64,000 nt of DNA from an uncultured archaeon (GTDB taxonomy: Archaea; Hadarchaeota; Hadarchaeia; Hadarchaeales; Hadarchaeaceae). Location of the stretch: assembly GCA_937921735.1 (NCBI GenBank), contig CAKZTQ010000016.1, positions 1 through 64,000 of the forward strand. Reading direction: 5' to 3'. Position 1 is the first letter of the stretch. Each line of letters starts with the position of its first letter. The notes beneath the pieces are model-generated. The model was not told the origin of the DNA and did not search any database. It worked only from the letters and a program-made list of their open reading frames with translations. Positions 8,796 through 18,411 of the stretch are shown in pieces. Made by a program: the position numbers and the translations under genes.

Positions 8796-10719
8796 CCCGA
8801 ACGTCGGCAAGAGCGCGATCTTCCACCAGATGACGGGCGCCGACGTCATCATCTCGAATTTTCCGGGCACCACCGTCGAGATCCTCGAGGGAAAGGTTAG
8901 GCTGGGCGAGCGGGAGGTCAGGGTGATGGACCTCCCCGGTATCTACTCCCTGGGCGCGGTGTCGCAGGACGAGCTCGTGGCGAGGAGGGTGATCCTGGAG
9001 CAGGAGCCGGATGTCATCGTCAACATAGTCGATGCCTCCAACCTCGAGCGCAACCTCTACCTCACGCTTCAGCTGCTGGAGCTGGGCTACCCCATGCTCG
9101 TCGTGCTCAACATGTACGACGACGCGCTGAAGAAGGGGATGCGCCCCGACCCCGAACTCCTCTCGAGGAAGCTTGGGGTGCCGGTGGTCCCGACGGTCGC
9201 CACGAGGGGGGAGAACGTCTCCGTCGCCTTCGACGCCGCCCTCGAGCTGGCCTCGGCGGGGAGGCGCCCGAGGAAGGTGTTGAGGATGGGCAGGGACATG
9301 GAGAAGGCGATAGGGGAGCTCAGCGAGACCATTCGCAGGCATCTCGCTCGAACGCCGTTCCATCTTCCGGCCAGAGCCCTGGCGATCAGGCTCCTAGAGG
9401 GAGACGCGCAGCTCGTCGAAGTGGTCGCCTCCCTGCCCAAGGGCGAGAGGGTGCTAGCGAAGGCGGATGAGCTGGCGAGGGAGATAAGGGAGCGCCACGG
9501 GGAGCCGGCGGCGCTGAGGATAGCTAGGGAGCGCCACGGCATCGCCAGCTTGATCTCGAAGGAGGTCACCGAGTACGTCAGCGTAAGACCGACCCTCTCG
9601 CAGAGGTTGGGCGAGCTGACGACCGGCGCGGGCACGGGCACCCTCGTGATGTCCGCGGTCTTCGCCTCCCTGCTGGCGCTGCTCATCTACGGAGGAGGCC
9701 AGCTGGAGGTGGTGGTGGTAGGCGCCTACGAGAGGTACCTCTCCCCCGCCCTGAGCTGGGCCATCTCCCGCGTTCCCTCGCCGGCCCTGCAAGAGGTGCT
9801 GGAGGTAGGGGTCAACGGGAGCATCGCGGGGATACTTTCCGTCGTGATCCCCTACATCCTGGTTTTCTTCCTGGCTCTAGCCATCCTCGAGGACACAGGC
9901 TACCTCCCGCGAATGGCCTTCGTGATGGACTCCGCCATGCATAGGATCGGCCTGCACGGGAGGGCGATAGTGCCCATGCTCGGAGGCTTCGGCTGCAACG
10001 TGCCGGCGATAATGGCGACGAGGGTGCTCGCCACGAGGCGAGAGAGGTTCATCTCCTCCTTCCTGATAGCGATGATCCCCTGCTCGGCCAGGACGGCGGT
10101 GATCTTGGGGGCGGTGGGCTCCTTGCTGGGCGCGAGGTACGCGCTGGCGATCTACGCCATCGTCCTCTCCCTCATCTTTCTGGTCGGCCTCCTGCTCAAC
10201 AGGGCACTCCCCGGAAGGGTGTCGGGCATGATCATGGAGATGCCGCCGCTCCGCATGCCCACGCCAAAGCCCGTCCTATTTAAGACGTGGATGAGGATGC
10301 GGGGCTTTCTCCTCTTCGCCGCCCCCCTGCTGATCGCGGGCAGCTTGGTCGTGGGCGCGCTCCAGGCGTCGGGCGCCCTCCACGCGATGGTCGAGCCGCT
10401 CTCCCCCCTGACGACGGGCCTCCTCGGCCTGCCCGCGGTGGCGATAATCCCGCTGCTCTACGGCTTCATAAGGAAGGAGGGGGCGCTGGTGCTCTTGGTG
10501 GCGCTCGCGGGGACCACGGACTTGGCGACATTCATGTCGCCGCTCCAGCTGTTCGTCTTCGCCCTCGTGGTGGCGATCTACATCCCCTGCGTGGCCACGA
10601 TCGCGGTGCTCGGGAGAGAGCTTGGCTGGAGGGATGCGGCGCTGATCACCGTAGCCACCTTCTCGCTAGCTTTAGTCGTCGGCGGCTTGGTCAACCACCT
10701 GAACCCCCTCGGGCTATGA
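8752..10719 (+). CDS. feoB: Ferrous iron transporter B
   Basis: GNPNVGKS, NFPGTTVE, DLPGIYSL, LEDTGYLPR, GFGCNVPA, PCSAR. Confidence 0.96.
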   Translation: MTGRGADIVMALAGNPNVGKSAIFHQMTGADVIISNFPGTTVEILEGKVRLGEREVRVMDLPGIYSLGAVSQDELVARRVILEQEPDVIVNIVDASNLERNLYLTLQLLELGYPMLVVLNMYDDALKKGMRPDPELLSRKLGVPVVPTVATRGENVSVAFDAALELASAGRRPRKVLRMGRDMEKAIGELSETIRRHLARTPFHLPARALAIRLLEGDAQLVEVVASLPKGERVLAKADELAREIRERHGEPAALRIARERHGIASLISKEVTEYVSVRPTLSQRLGELTTGAGTGTLVMSAVFASLLALLIYGGGQLEVVVVGAYERYLSPALSWAISRVPSPALQEVLEVGVNGSIAGILSVVIPYILVFFLALAILEDTGYLPRMAFVMDSAMHRIGLHGRAIVPMLGGFGCNVPAIMATRVLATRRERFISSFLIAMIPCSARTAVILGAVGSLLGARYALAIYAIVLSLIFLVGLLLNRALPGRVSGMIMEMPPLRMPTPKPVLFKTWMRMRGFLLFAAPLLIAGSLVVGALQASGALHAMVEPLSPLTTGLLGLPAVAIIPLLYGFIRKEGALVLLVALAGTTDLATFMSPLQLFVFALVVAIYIPCVATIAVLGRELGWRDAALITVATFSLALVVGGLVNHLNPLGL

Positions 10720-10732
10720 GTTTGCGCCGAGG

Positions 10733-12295
10733 ATGCCGTGTGCGCCGGGTGTTAAGATAAAAAGGGTCGAGTTGACAAATATCCTGGAGGAACCGGGATT
10801 GACGGCTGAGGTAAAGGAAGCGCCCGCCGCCGGAAGGGAAAGGGTGGTGGTGGGGGCGGTAGAGCGCTGGTTGAGCAATCCCCTCTCAAGGGCAATGCTG
10901 AGGTTCGTCTGCGGGCGCAGCAGCCGCGGCGTGAGCAGGTTGGACCTAGCCCTTCGGAGGTACGCGGGCGAAGAGCTGCCCTGCGACCTCAGGGATAGGT
11001 TCGCGGCTTTCGTGGTAAAGCTAATCCTCGAAAAGGGCAGCGACGTCTTCGGGTACTCGAGGGAGAACCTGAGGAAGAGCCTGGGCGACCCCGTGATCAG
11101 GCGAGGCATGGTGAACGTGCTCGAGGGCATCGCGCGCTACGGCGCCCGCAGGCCGTTCACCTCCGTCGCCCCCTTCCTAGTGGTCTGGAACTACACCAGG
11201 CTCTGCAACCTGCGATGCGAGCACTGCTACGAGGACGCTGGGCCGAGAGCGGCGGAGGACGAGCTCACGACCGAGGAGGCGAAGCGGGTCATCGACGAGT
11301 TCGAGGAGGCGGGCGTGGTGGCCATAGCCTTCTCGGGTGGGGAGCCCCTGCTCAGGGAGGACATCTTCGAGGTCGCGGGGTACGCCAAGGGCAAGGGCTT
11401 CTTCATCTCGGTCGCGACGAACGGCACCATGATCACTCGGGAATTCGCGAGGAGGATGAAGGGGGTCTTCGACTACGTGGAGATCTCGCTCGATGGGTTC
11501 GAGGAGGCCCACGACAGGTTCAGGGGGGTCCCGGGCTCCTGGAGGCGCGCCTGCGAGGGCATAAGGAACTGCGTCGCGGAGGGGCTCGACACCTGCGTCG
11601 CGATGACCGCCACCCATTACAACCTTGGGGAGATCCCCAAGCTGGTGGACTTCGTGGAGCACGAACTTGGGGCGAAGCGCGTCATCGTTTTTAACTACGT
11701 GCCCGTCGGGAGGGGAAAGGGCATCGTCGACCAGGATCTGTCCCCCCAGGAGAGGCAGGAGCTGCTCAGGTACCTTTACTTGAGGATGATGGGCAGCACA
11801 AGGAAGTTGATCTGCTACTCGACCGCGCCCCAGTACTCGGCGATTTCCCTGGGGTTCGCGCGCGGTGGGCAAGCCGACCTCGGCGTGGTCGCGACCCACT
11901 TCACCAACGAGGCGGCGATGCGGGCCCTCCGTGGCAGGACGGAGAGCCTCGCGGATTTCCTCGGCGGGTGCGGCGCCGGGCGACTCTATTGCGGCCTAGA
12001 ACCCAACGGGGACATCATCCCCTGCGTTTTCATGCCCATCAAGTTAGGCAACATAAGGAAGGATCGCCTTCGCGACATCTGGCACTCCTCGGGGCTGCTT
12101 TGGAAGCTGCGGGACAGGGACGCGCTTAAGGGATGCGGCGCGTGCGAGTACCGCTACGTATGCGGCGGATGTAGGGCGAGGGCTTACGGGTATTACGGCG
12201 ACGTGCAGGCCCCGGATCCTGGGTGTCTTCACAACCTCCGATATTGGCAGGAGCTGAAAGCTAACGATTTTAATGGTGCGGGGACCCCCACATAG
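10733..12295 (+). CDS. Radical SAM/SPASM protein with N-terminal extension (GMGT-synthase-like candidate)
   Basis: CNLRCEHC, FSGGEPL, SPASM GCGAGRLYC...PC...CGACEYRYVCGGCRARA; start uncertain. Confidence 0.85.
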   Translation: MPCAPGVKIKRVELTNILEEPGLTAEVKEAPAAGRERVVVGAVERWLSNPLSRAMLRFVCGRSSRGVSRLDLALRRYAGEELPCDLRDRFAAFVVKLILEKGSDVFGYSRENLRKSLGDPVIRRGMVNVLEGIARYGARRPFTSVAPFLVVWNYTRLCNLRCEHCYEDAGPRAAEDELTTEEAKRVIDEFEEAGVVAIAFSGGEPLLREDIFEVAGYAKGKGFFISVATNGTMITREFARRMKGVFDYVEISLDGFEEAHDRFRGVPGSWRRACEGIRNCVAEGLDTCVAMTATHYNLGEIPKLVDFVEHELGAKRVIVFNYVPVGRGKGIVDQDLSPQERQELLRYLYLRMMGSTRKLICYSTAPQYSAISLGFARGGQADLGVVATHFTNEAAMRALRGRTESLADFLGGCGAGRLYCGLEPNGDIIPCVFMPIKLGNIRKDRLRDIWHSSGLLWKLRDRDALKGCGACEYRYVCGGCRARAYGYYGDVQAPDPGCLHNLRYWQELKANDFNGAGTPT

Positions 12296-12467
12296 ACGAG
12301 GAAGAGGTATCCGACGATCGACGACGCCGTGGAGGCTGCAAGATCCTCGATCGCTATCCCAAGGATCGCGATGCCAGCGAAGAGGACAAAAAGGATCGCA
12401 GGCCTTCCGGGCTTAACCCTCCATTTTTAAATACAAAATGTCATTGAAAAGCATGTGTGAAACAAAA

Positions 12468-12884
12468 ATGATTGACATCCGAAGGACCCATCTCACCGAG
12501 AGGCAGTTCGAGGTGTTGAAGCTGAGGATGGCCGGAAAGAGCCTCGCCGAGATCGCCGAGGTGCTGGGGACGACCAGGGCCAACGTCAGCCGCATCTCCC
12601 GGATGGCCGAAGAGAACATCGAAAAGGCGAGGAACACGCTGAAGCTCGTCCAGGCGATCGAGTGGCCCATCAGCGTGCGCGCGAGGGCCGGGGCCAATGT
12701 TTACCAAGTCTCCGAGAGGGTTTTCAAGCGGGCGGACGAGAGGGGGATCAAAATCGCCCACAACTACGCGGAGCTCGTGAGGTTGATAACCTCGGCGCTC
12801 GGCAGGAAGGGCATCAGGCGCAGGAGGGCGCTCAGGGACTTCATCGTCCTCGTCAGTGGCGAAGGAAGGGTAGAGGTCATATGA
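12468..12884 (+). CDS. tfx: Tfx family DNA-binding protein
   Basis: LTERQFEVLKLR...EIAEVLGTTRANVS...NIEKARNTL. Confidence 0.88.
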   Translation: MIDIRRTHLTERQFEVLKLRMAGKSLAEIAEVLGTTRANVSRISRMAEENIEKARNTLKLVQAIEWPISVRARAGANVYQVSERVFKRADERGIKIAHNYAELVRLITSALGRKGIRRRRALRDFIVLVSGEGRVEVI

Positions 12885-13672
12885 GACGTCGGCTAGACCT
12901 ATACGAGGAAATCGATCGAAGGTTCAAGAGGATCGCCGATGCTCATCGACTTTGGGACGAGGAGGTCATCTGCGGGGTTTGGGTGAAGGGTTTTGCCCGC
13001 GGGTTACCCCGCCGCGCGAAGGAGGCCGAACGATACGTGAAGATGCCCTCCGAGGAGTATGCCTTGGCCAAGGGGAAGGAGGTCCTGCTGAGGGCGAGGT
13101 TCAGGGGCTCCTACGGCGATGCGTTCACGGATGAGCCCAAGACCTTCCGAGGCAAGCTGTTCGACGTGCGCGACGCCATCTTCGGGGGCGCGCCGGAGAG
13201 GGCGGTTTATCTCGCGACCATGAACGCGGTGTTCAGCTCGCTCGGGCTGATCGAGGGAGGCGTCCACTGCAGGGGAAGGGACCCCGAGAGGTGTGGCGCG
13301 AGGCTCGTCGACTATATACTCAAAAACTTTGGCAGGGATGTCGTCGTCGCTCACATAGGCTACCAGCCCGGTCATGTGGAGGCCTGTTCGAGGTGGTTCG
13401 AAGGCTACGTGACGGACCTCAACCCGGAGAACGTTGGGAAAGTTAGGTTTGGGCGGGCGATCAAAAGCGGCTCCGAGAACGAGGAAGTGATCAAAAGCTC
13501 GGATGTCGCCTGCATAACCGGAAGCGCGATGGTCAACGGGAGCCTGCCCCAGCTTTTGGAGTGGTGCGAGAGATACGGGACAGAGCCCATCGTTTACGGC
13601 GTGACCGCGAGCTCGGCGGCGAGGGTCCTCAAGCTCAGGCATTACTGCCCTTACGCTCGCAAGGAGCCCTAA
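12881..13672 (+). CDS. DUF364 / putative heavy-metal-chelation Rossmann-like protein
   Basis: GDAFTD, ERAVYLATMNAV, ITGSAMVNGSL; ATGA overlap with tfx. Confidence 0.8.
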   Translation: MRRRLDLYEEIDRRFKRIADAHRLWDEEVICGVWVKGFARGLPRRAKEAERYVKMPSEEYALAKGKEVLLRARFRGSYGDAFTDEPKTFRGKLFDVRDAIFGGAPERAVYLATMNAVFSSLGLIEGGVHCRGRDPERCGARLVDYILKNFGRDVVVAHIGYQPGHVEACSRWFEGYVTDLNPENVGKVRFGRAIKSGSENEEVIKSSDVACITGSAMVNGSLPQLLEWCERYGTEPIVYGVTASSAARVLKLRHYCPYARKEP

Positions 13673-13768
13673 GCTCCGCCCCAAACGTAGCTGTCCTCGG
13701 GCGGGCGCTTAGTCTGCGAGGGCTCGGGGAATTTATACCGGGAGCAAGGAAGGGGTGCTGGGGTCGGG

Positions 13769-14383
13769 TTGGGCAGGCTCGGGCACATAGCCTCGGAGCT
13801 CAGGGAGCATGCGCCGTTCACCGCCCTTGGGGCCGGCGTCGGCGTGGCGGTGATGGCCATCTTTTGCGTGGCGGGGCTTGCCCGCGAGGTCTCCTACTAC
13901 GCCTTCCACTACCTTCATCCCATGCACATGTTCTTGAGCTCCCTCGTCACGGCCGCGATGTTCAGGTTACACAGGGGGGACCTCGGCTCCTCCATCGTGG
14001 TAGGCTTGGTCGGGGCGCTGGGGATATGCGCGATAAGCGACATAGCATTCCCCTACTTCGGCGGCACCATGCTTGGGGTCCACATGATGCTGCACATCTG
14101 CGTCTTAGACCATCCATGGCTGGCGATCCTGCCCAGCCTCGGGGGCGCCGCGATGGGGTCGTCGAGGTGGCGAGGGACGAAATGTCCGCACGCCCTGCAC
14201 GTGATGATAAGTACCCTCGCCTCGCTCTTCTACCTCATGGCGTTCGGATCGGTGGATTGGCTTCCTAGGCTCCCGTTGGTTTTCGTGCTGCTGTTCGTGG
14301 CGGTATGGGTTCCGTGCTGTGCGAGCGACATAGTGTTTCCCCTCCTCTTCGCTGGTGGCGCCGAGCGCCGCCGAGGTCGATAG
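13769..14383 (+). CDS. His/Cys-rich integral membrane protein (putative metal permease)
   Basis: EHAPFTALG, FHYLHPMH, PHALHVMISTLAS, VPCCASDIVFP. Confidence 0.7.
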   Translation: MGRLGHIASELREHAPFTALGAGVGVAVMAIFCVAGLAREVSYYAFHYLHPMHMFLSSLVTAAMFRLHRGDLGSSIVVGLVGALGICAISDIAFPYFGGTMLGVHMMLHICVLDHPWLAILPSLGGAAMGSSRWRGTKCPHALHVMISTLASLFYLMAFGSVDWLPRLPLVFVLLFVAVWVPCCASDIVFPLLFAGGAERRRGR

Positions 14384-14410
14384 CCGGACTGGCCAAGCTT
14401 TTTCCGCTTT

Positions 14411-14583
14411 TGATACACGCGTGTCATGACATACGTATGTCATCGATTCGCGACGTTTTTCTTGACATACGTGTGTCATTGACCCTCCAACGCTTGCAGC
14501 TGACACACGTGTGTCATGGGGGACGAGAACACCCGGACAAGTTTTCGCCAAGAGCGGCCGTCGAGAGTGACACACGTATGTCA
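14411..14583. repeat. Cluster of five 16-bp palindromes TGACAYACGTRTGTCA (parS-like)
   Basis: Copies at 14411-14426 (variant), 14427-14442, 14463-14478, 14501-14516, 14568-14583, between convergent genes. Confidence 0.92.
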
Positions 14584-14593
14584 AAAAGCCCGG

Positions 14594-15253
14594 CTAAAGT
14601 AGCTCATCCTTCGCGAGCCGGTATGCGGCCCTTATGTATTTGTCCGCAAAGCTCTCCGCAACCGGGCCGTGCCCGGGCATGAGTCGATGCACCTCGAGCT
14701 CGATCAACTTCCTCAAGGACCTCAGCATCGCCGCCGCGTCGCCCGTGGGCAGATCCACCCTCCCCACGCCCCCGCAGAATACGGTGTCGCCGGAGAAGAG
14801 GAGCCCTCGCCCACGCTCGTGCAGGCAGATGCTCCCGGCGGTGTGGCCCGGGGTGTGGAGCACCTCCAGCGCGAGTTCGCCCAGCTCTATGCAGTCGCCC
14901 TCCCGAAGCTCCCGCGAGACCTCGATCGGCCCGAGCTGCCCGTTGAAGCCCTCGGCCAGCGTGACCCTGCGATCGCCCCTCCTCAGCGGCTCGGCCTCCA
15001 GCTCGTGAATCGCCACCTCGCATCCGGCCTCGACGAAATCCCTGTCGCCGCCGGCGTGGTCGAAATGGCAGTGGGTGTTGATGACCAGCTCGACGTCGCT
15101 CGGCTTCAGGCCGAACTTCGCGAGGTTTCGCCTCACCGACCCGAAGTTCATCCCGGTGCCGGCATCGACGAGGGCGATGACGTCGTCGAGGATGAGGTAG
15201 ATATTCGAATCGAAGCCCGCGCCGCCTATGTTGTATACCTTCGCCAATTCCAC
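14594..15253 (-). CDS. MBL-fold metallo-hydrolase (glyoxalase II-like)
   Basis: THCHFDHAGG, HTPGHT, FSGD, PGHG. Confidence 0.92.
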   Translation of the reverse strand: MELAKVYNIGGAGFDSNIYLILDDVIALVDAGTGMNFGSVRRNLAKFGLKPSDVELVINTHCHFDHAGGDRDFVEAGCEVAIHELEAEPLRRGDRRVTLAEGFNGQLGPIEVSRELREGDCIELGELALEVLHTPGHTAGSICLHERGRGLLFSGDTVFCGGVGRVDLPTGDAAAMLRSLRKLIELEVHRLMPGHGPVAESFADKYIRAAYRLAKDELL

Positions 15254-15275
15254 CGCCCGAGTTCCTTCGTCCGGC

Positions 15276-16367
15276 TTAAGTTATGACGTTTTCCAGGCCG
15301 GCGTCTCGAGCCATCTCGATCGCCCTGTTGAACTCATCGCTCGTCAGCCGCCTGTTGAGCTCCGGGAACTCATGCGCCCGATACTCCGGCCTGTATTGGT
15401 CCATCAGGTTCACCCTAACCATCGGCCCCAAGTTCTCGGCTATCCACTCCAGCACCGCGCGGGTGCAGCACTCGAGGTGGTTAGGCATCACCAGGTGACG
15501 GATGATGAGCTCCGAGTCGGCGAAGGCCAGGCGATGGTTGCGCGCCACGACCTCAAAGTAGTTCTGCACCTTCGAGTACTTTAGCGCGCACCTATCGTCG
15601 CCGTACTTGAAATCGGTGAGGTAGATGTCCTGCGTGCCCGAGAGCAGCTTCATGGCCTCCAGCGACATGTAGAAGTTGGAGTTCCAGACGGAGGGGATGT
15701 TGGCCTCGCAGAGGTTGAGGGCCTCGAGGATGGTGTGGAGGTTGGGCGTGGGGCTGCCGCCGACCCAATTCACGTTTCTCGCCCCATCCCGGCGCTGCCC
15801 CTCCACCAGCCTCGCGAGGGTCTGAGGCGAGACCTCCACCCCCTCGGCGGGGTACTGGGAGATGTCCCAGTTCTGACAGAAGCAGCACTTGAAGGTGCAG
15901 CCGTTGAAGAAGATGGTGTAGCTAGGCACGAGCTCCGGCTCCTCCCCCATGTGGATGAACTCCGATGCTATCCTCGAGCGCTCGCCCACCCCGCACACCC
16001 CCCGCTCGCCCGCCGTGCGGTCGACTCCGCACCTGCGCTCGCAGAAGTGGCATGACCTCAAGATCCTCCGCGCGAGCTCCACCTTGAGATCGAGCAGCGA
16101 GGTCCGGGGGCGCTCCCGTTCCGGGAGGCTTACCTTCCCCTCGTCGACCCTCCCTAGCAGCCTGCGTAACTCCCTCAGCCCCCGCTCGTGGGCCCGCCAC
16201 AGCTCGTCGTCGCCCGCGGAGAGGTCGACGTCCACCTCCACCTGCTTGCAAACCTGAAACCTGGCGGGAAGCTTGTCCTCCATGACCGCGAAGTAGCGGC
16301 CCAGGGACCTCCTAGCCCGCTCGTCCCTGAGCACGGCCACGGCATCCGGCCTCAAGACGCGCCACAT
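15276..16367 (-). CDS. Radical SAM protein, PflX family
   Basis: CHFCERRCGVDR, HMGEEPEL, CTFKCCFCQNWDIS, IRHLVMPNH. Confidence 0.88.
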   Translation of the reverse strand: MWRVLRPDAVAVLRDERARRSLGRYFAVMEDKLPARFQVCKQVEVDVDLSAGDDELWRAHERGLRELRRLLGRVDEGKVSLPERERPRTSLLDLKVELARRILRSCHFCERRCGVDRTAGERGVCGVGERSRIASEFIHMGEEPELVPSYTIFFNGCTFKCCFCQNWDISQYPAEGVEVSPQTLARLVEGQRRDGARNVNWVGGSPTPNLHTILEALNLCEANIPSVWNSNFYMSLEAMKLLSGTQDIYLTDFKYGDDRCALKYSKVQNYFEVVARNHRLAFADSELIIRHLVMPNHLECCTRAVLEWIAENLGPMVRVNLMDQYRPEYRAHEFPELNRRLTSDEFNRAIEMARDAGLENVIT

Positions 16368-16427
16368 GGTATGCCCATAGATATTTTAAATCCGCTCGCA
16401 AAAAGGGTTGTCGCATCTGGTGATGCC

Positions 16428-17306
16428 ATGTTAGTCATCTCCGGTTCCGCCTCTAGGAAGCTGGCATCCAGGGTCGCCCAAGCCTTAAGGTGCCCGCTCG
16501 TGGAGCCGGAACGCTCCACCTTTCCCGACGGTGAAAGCTACCTTCGCATCGACCGCGAGGTGAAGGGCGAGCACGTCGTCGTAGTGCAGTCCACCTGCAG
16601 GCCGGCGAACGACAACTACATCGAGCTCTTCCTGCTCCTCGACGCCGCCAAAGACTTGGGGGCCAAGCAGGTGACCGCGGTCGTGCCGTACCTCGGCTAC
16701 GCCAGGCAGGACAAGCGCTTCAAGCCGGGAGAAGCGGTCAGCGTCCGGACCATGTGCAAGCTCATCGAGCGCGCGGGGGCGGATGAGCTCCTGACGGTGG
16801 ACATCCACGAGGAGGAGATAATGGCCAACTTCGCGATCCCCGCGTACAACCTGACCGCGATGTCCCTGCTGGGTCGCCACCTCTCCACGCTGGAGCTCCG
16901 AGACCCCGTCGTCCTCGCTCCCGACCAAGGCGCGCTCCGCCACGCCCGTAGGGCAGCGGCGGAGTTCATGGCCGACCACGACTACCTCGAGAAGACCAGG
17001 CTCACCTCCACCAAGGTCAAGGTCGGCCCCAAGCGCCTGAACGTCGCCGGGCGGGATGTGGTGATCGTCGACGATATCATCAGCACGGGGGGCACGGTGA
17101 TCGAGGCCATCAGGATCTTGAAGAGGCAGGGCGCCCGCAGGATATATGCCGCCTGCACCCATCCCGTGCTAGTGGGCGATGCCATGAGGAGGATATTGGC
17201 CGCCGGCGCGAGGGCCATCATCGCGACCGACACCATCGAGCACAAGACCAGCGTGGTCTCCGTGGCGCCGGTGATAGCGGAGGCCGTCCGCCAGGGTTCT
17301 CCATGA
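16428..17306 (+). CDS. prs: Ribose-phosphate pyrophosphokinase
   Basis: FPDGE, PYLGYARQDK, VDDIISTGGT, CTHPVL. Confidence 0.95.
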   Translation: MLVISGSASRKLASRVAQALRCPLVEPERSTFPDGESYLRIDREVKGEHVVVVQSTCRPANDNYIELFLLLDAAKDLGAKQVTAVVPYLGYARQDKRFKPGEAVSVRTMCKLIERAGADELLTVDIHEEEIMANFAIPAYNLTAMSLLGRHLSTLELRDPVVLAPDQGALRHARRAAAEFMADHDYLEKTRLTSTKVKVGPKRLNVAGRDVVIVDDIISTGGTVIEAIRILKRQGARRIYAACTHPVLVGDAMRRILAAGARAIIATDTIEHKTSVVSVAPVIAEAVRQGSP

Positions 17307-18334
17307 GGCGGCTCATGTTCCTTCTCTCGGGGGAGCACCCGACCCTACCGGTAGCGGAAGCCATAGCGGCGATCAAGGCCGAACATCGTGCCTATAAGGT
17401 GGTGGAGCAGCTAGACCAAGTGCTGATCGTCGAGACGAAGGCCGACCCAGAGGTGCTGGCCTCCAGGCTGGCCTTTTGTCGGGAGATATGTTGGCACCTA
17501 TGCACGGCAGACGTCGCCGAGCTCTTGGAGGCGATCGGAAGCTCCGACGTCGTCGACCTCATACCCCACGGCAGGACCTTCGCCGTACACATCAGGAGGG
17601 TGAAGCGCCACTCGCCCGAAGTGGACGTGCCCAGGCTTGCTAAGGAGGTGGCGGACCTGATAGCTAGCGAGGTGGAGTTCAAGGTCGACCTAGAGCAGCC
17701 AGAGGTGGAGGTGCTCGGCGCGCTCACCGACGGCAAGTGCGTCATAGGCTTGACCATCGCGCGGGTGGACCGCGCCCAGTTCGCCAAGCGCAAACCCATG
17801 GTGAGGCCAGCCTTTCACCCAGGCACCCTGATGCCGAAGCTCGCCCGCTGCATGGTCAACTTGGCCCGGGCGCCTACAGGGGGCACCCTGCTGGATCCCT
17901 TCGCGGGGGTGGGGGGGATATTGATAGAGGCCGGGCTGATGGGCGCCAAGCCCGTGGGCATAGACATAGACCCGGAGATGTTGGACGGCGCTAGGCTCAA
18001 CTTGGAGGGCTTTGGCATCGAGGATTATCAACTGATCTTGGGCGATGCCCGCTCCATCCCGTTGGCCGAGGCTACGGTCGACGCCATCGCGACCGACCCG
18101 CCTTACGGGCGCCAGGCCACGACCGCGGGCCTGAAGCTCGAGGACCTCTACGGCCAAGCCCTGCCCGAGATAGCAAGGGTGCTCAAGCGCAAGGGCTACG
18201 CTTGCATCACCTCACCCGCCACCCTAGAGCTCGAAGACCTCGCCAAGGGGGCCGGCCTTAGGCCGATCGAGAGGCACGAGCAAAGGGTACATAAGACCCT
18301 CACGCGTCGCATCCACGTGTTCAGGAAAAGGTAG
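17303..18334 (+). CDS. trm11: tRNA (guanine-10-N2)-methyltransferase, THUMP-MTase
   Basis: LSGEHPTLP, LARCMVNLA, LDPFAGVGG, TDPPYG. Confidence 0.9.
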   Translation: MRRLMFLLSGEHPTLPVAEAIAAIKAEHRAYKVVEQLDQVLIVETKADPEVLASRLAFCREICWHLCTADVAELLEAIGSSDVVDLIPHGRTFAVHIRRVKRHSPEVDVPRLAKEVADLIASEVEFKVDLEQPEVEVLGALTDGKCVIGLTIARVDRAQFAKRKPMVRPAFHPGTLMPKLARCMVNLARAPTGGTLLDPFAGVGGILIEAGLMGAKPVGIDIDPEMLDGARLNLEGFGIEDYQLILGDARSIPLAEATVDAIATDPPYGRQATTAGLKLEDLYGQALPEIARVLKRKGYACITSPATLELEDLAKGAGLRPIERHEQRVHKTLTRRIHVFRKR

Positions 18335-18411
18335 GCGCGCAAACGGCTTAAGTAATCGCGCCGAGATAATCGAGGGATTTGCTAGGGCGGCGAGTCCTGG
18401 TCGGTGTAAGG

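Noticed and set aside
14105-14682. ORFs with repeated MTYVCH / HDTRVS peptides
   Set aside because: Translations of the DNA palindromes, overlapping real genes
16188-16427. Long N-terminal extensions in the ORF track (prs, DUF364, wHTH, permease, SIS)
   Set aside because: They overlap neighbouring genes or promoters; downstream starts with RBS or stop-start overlaps fit better
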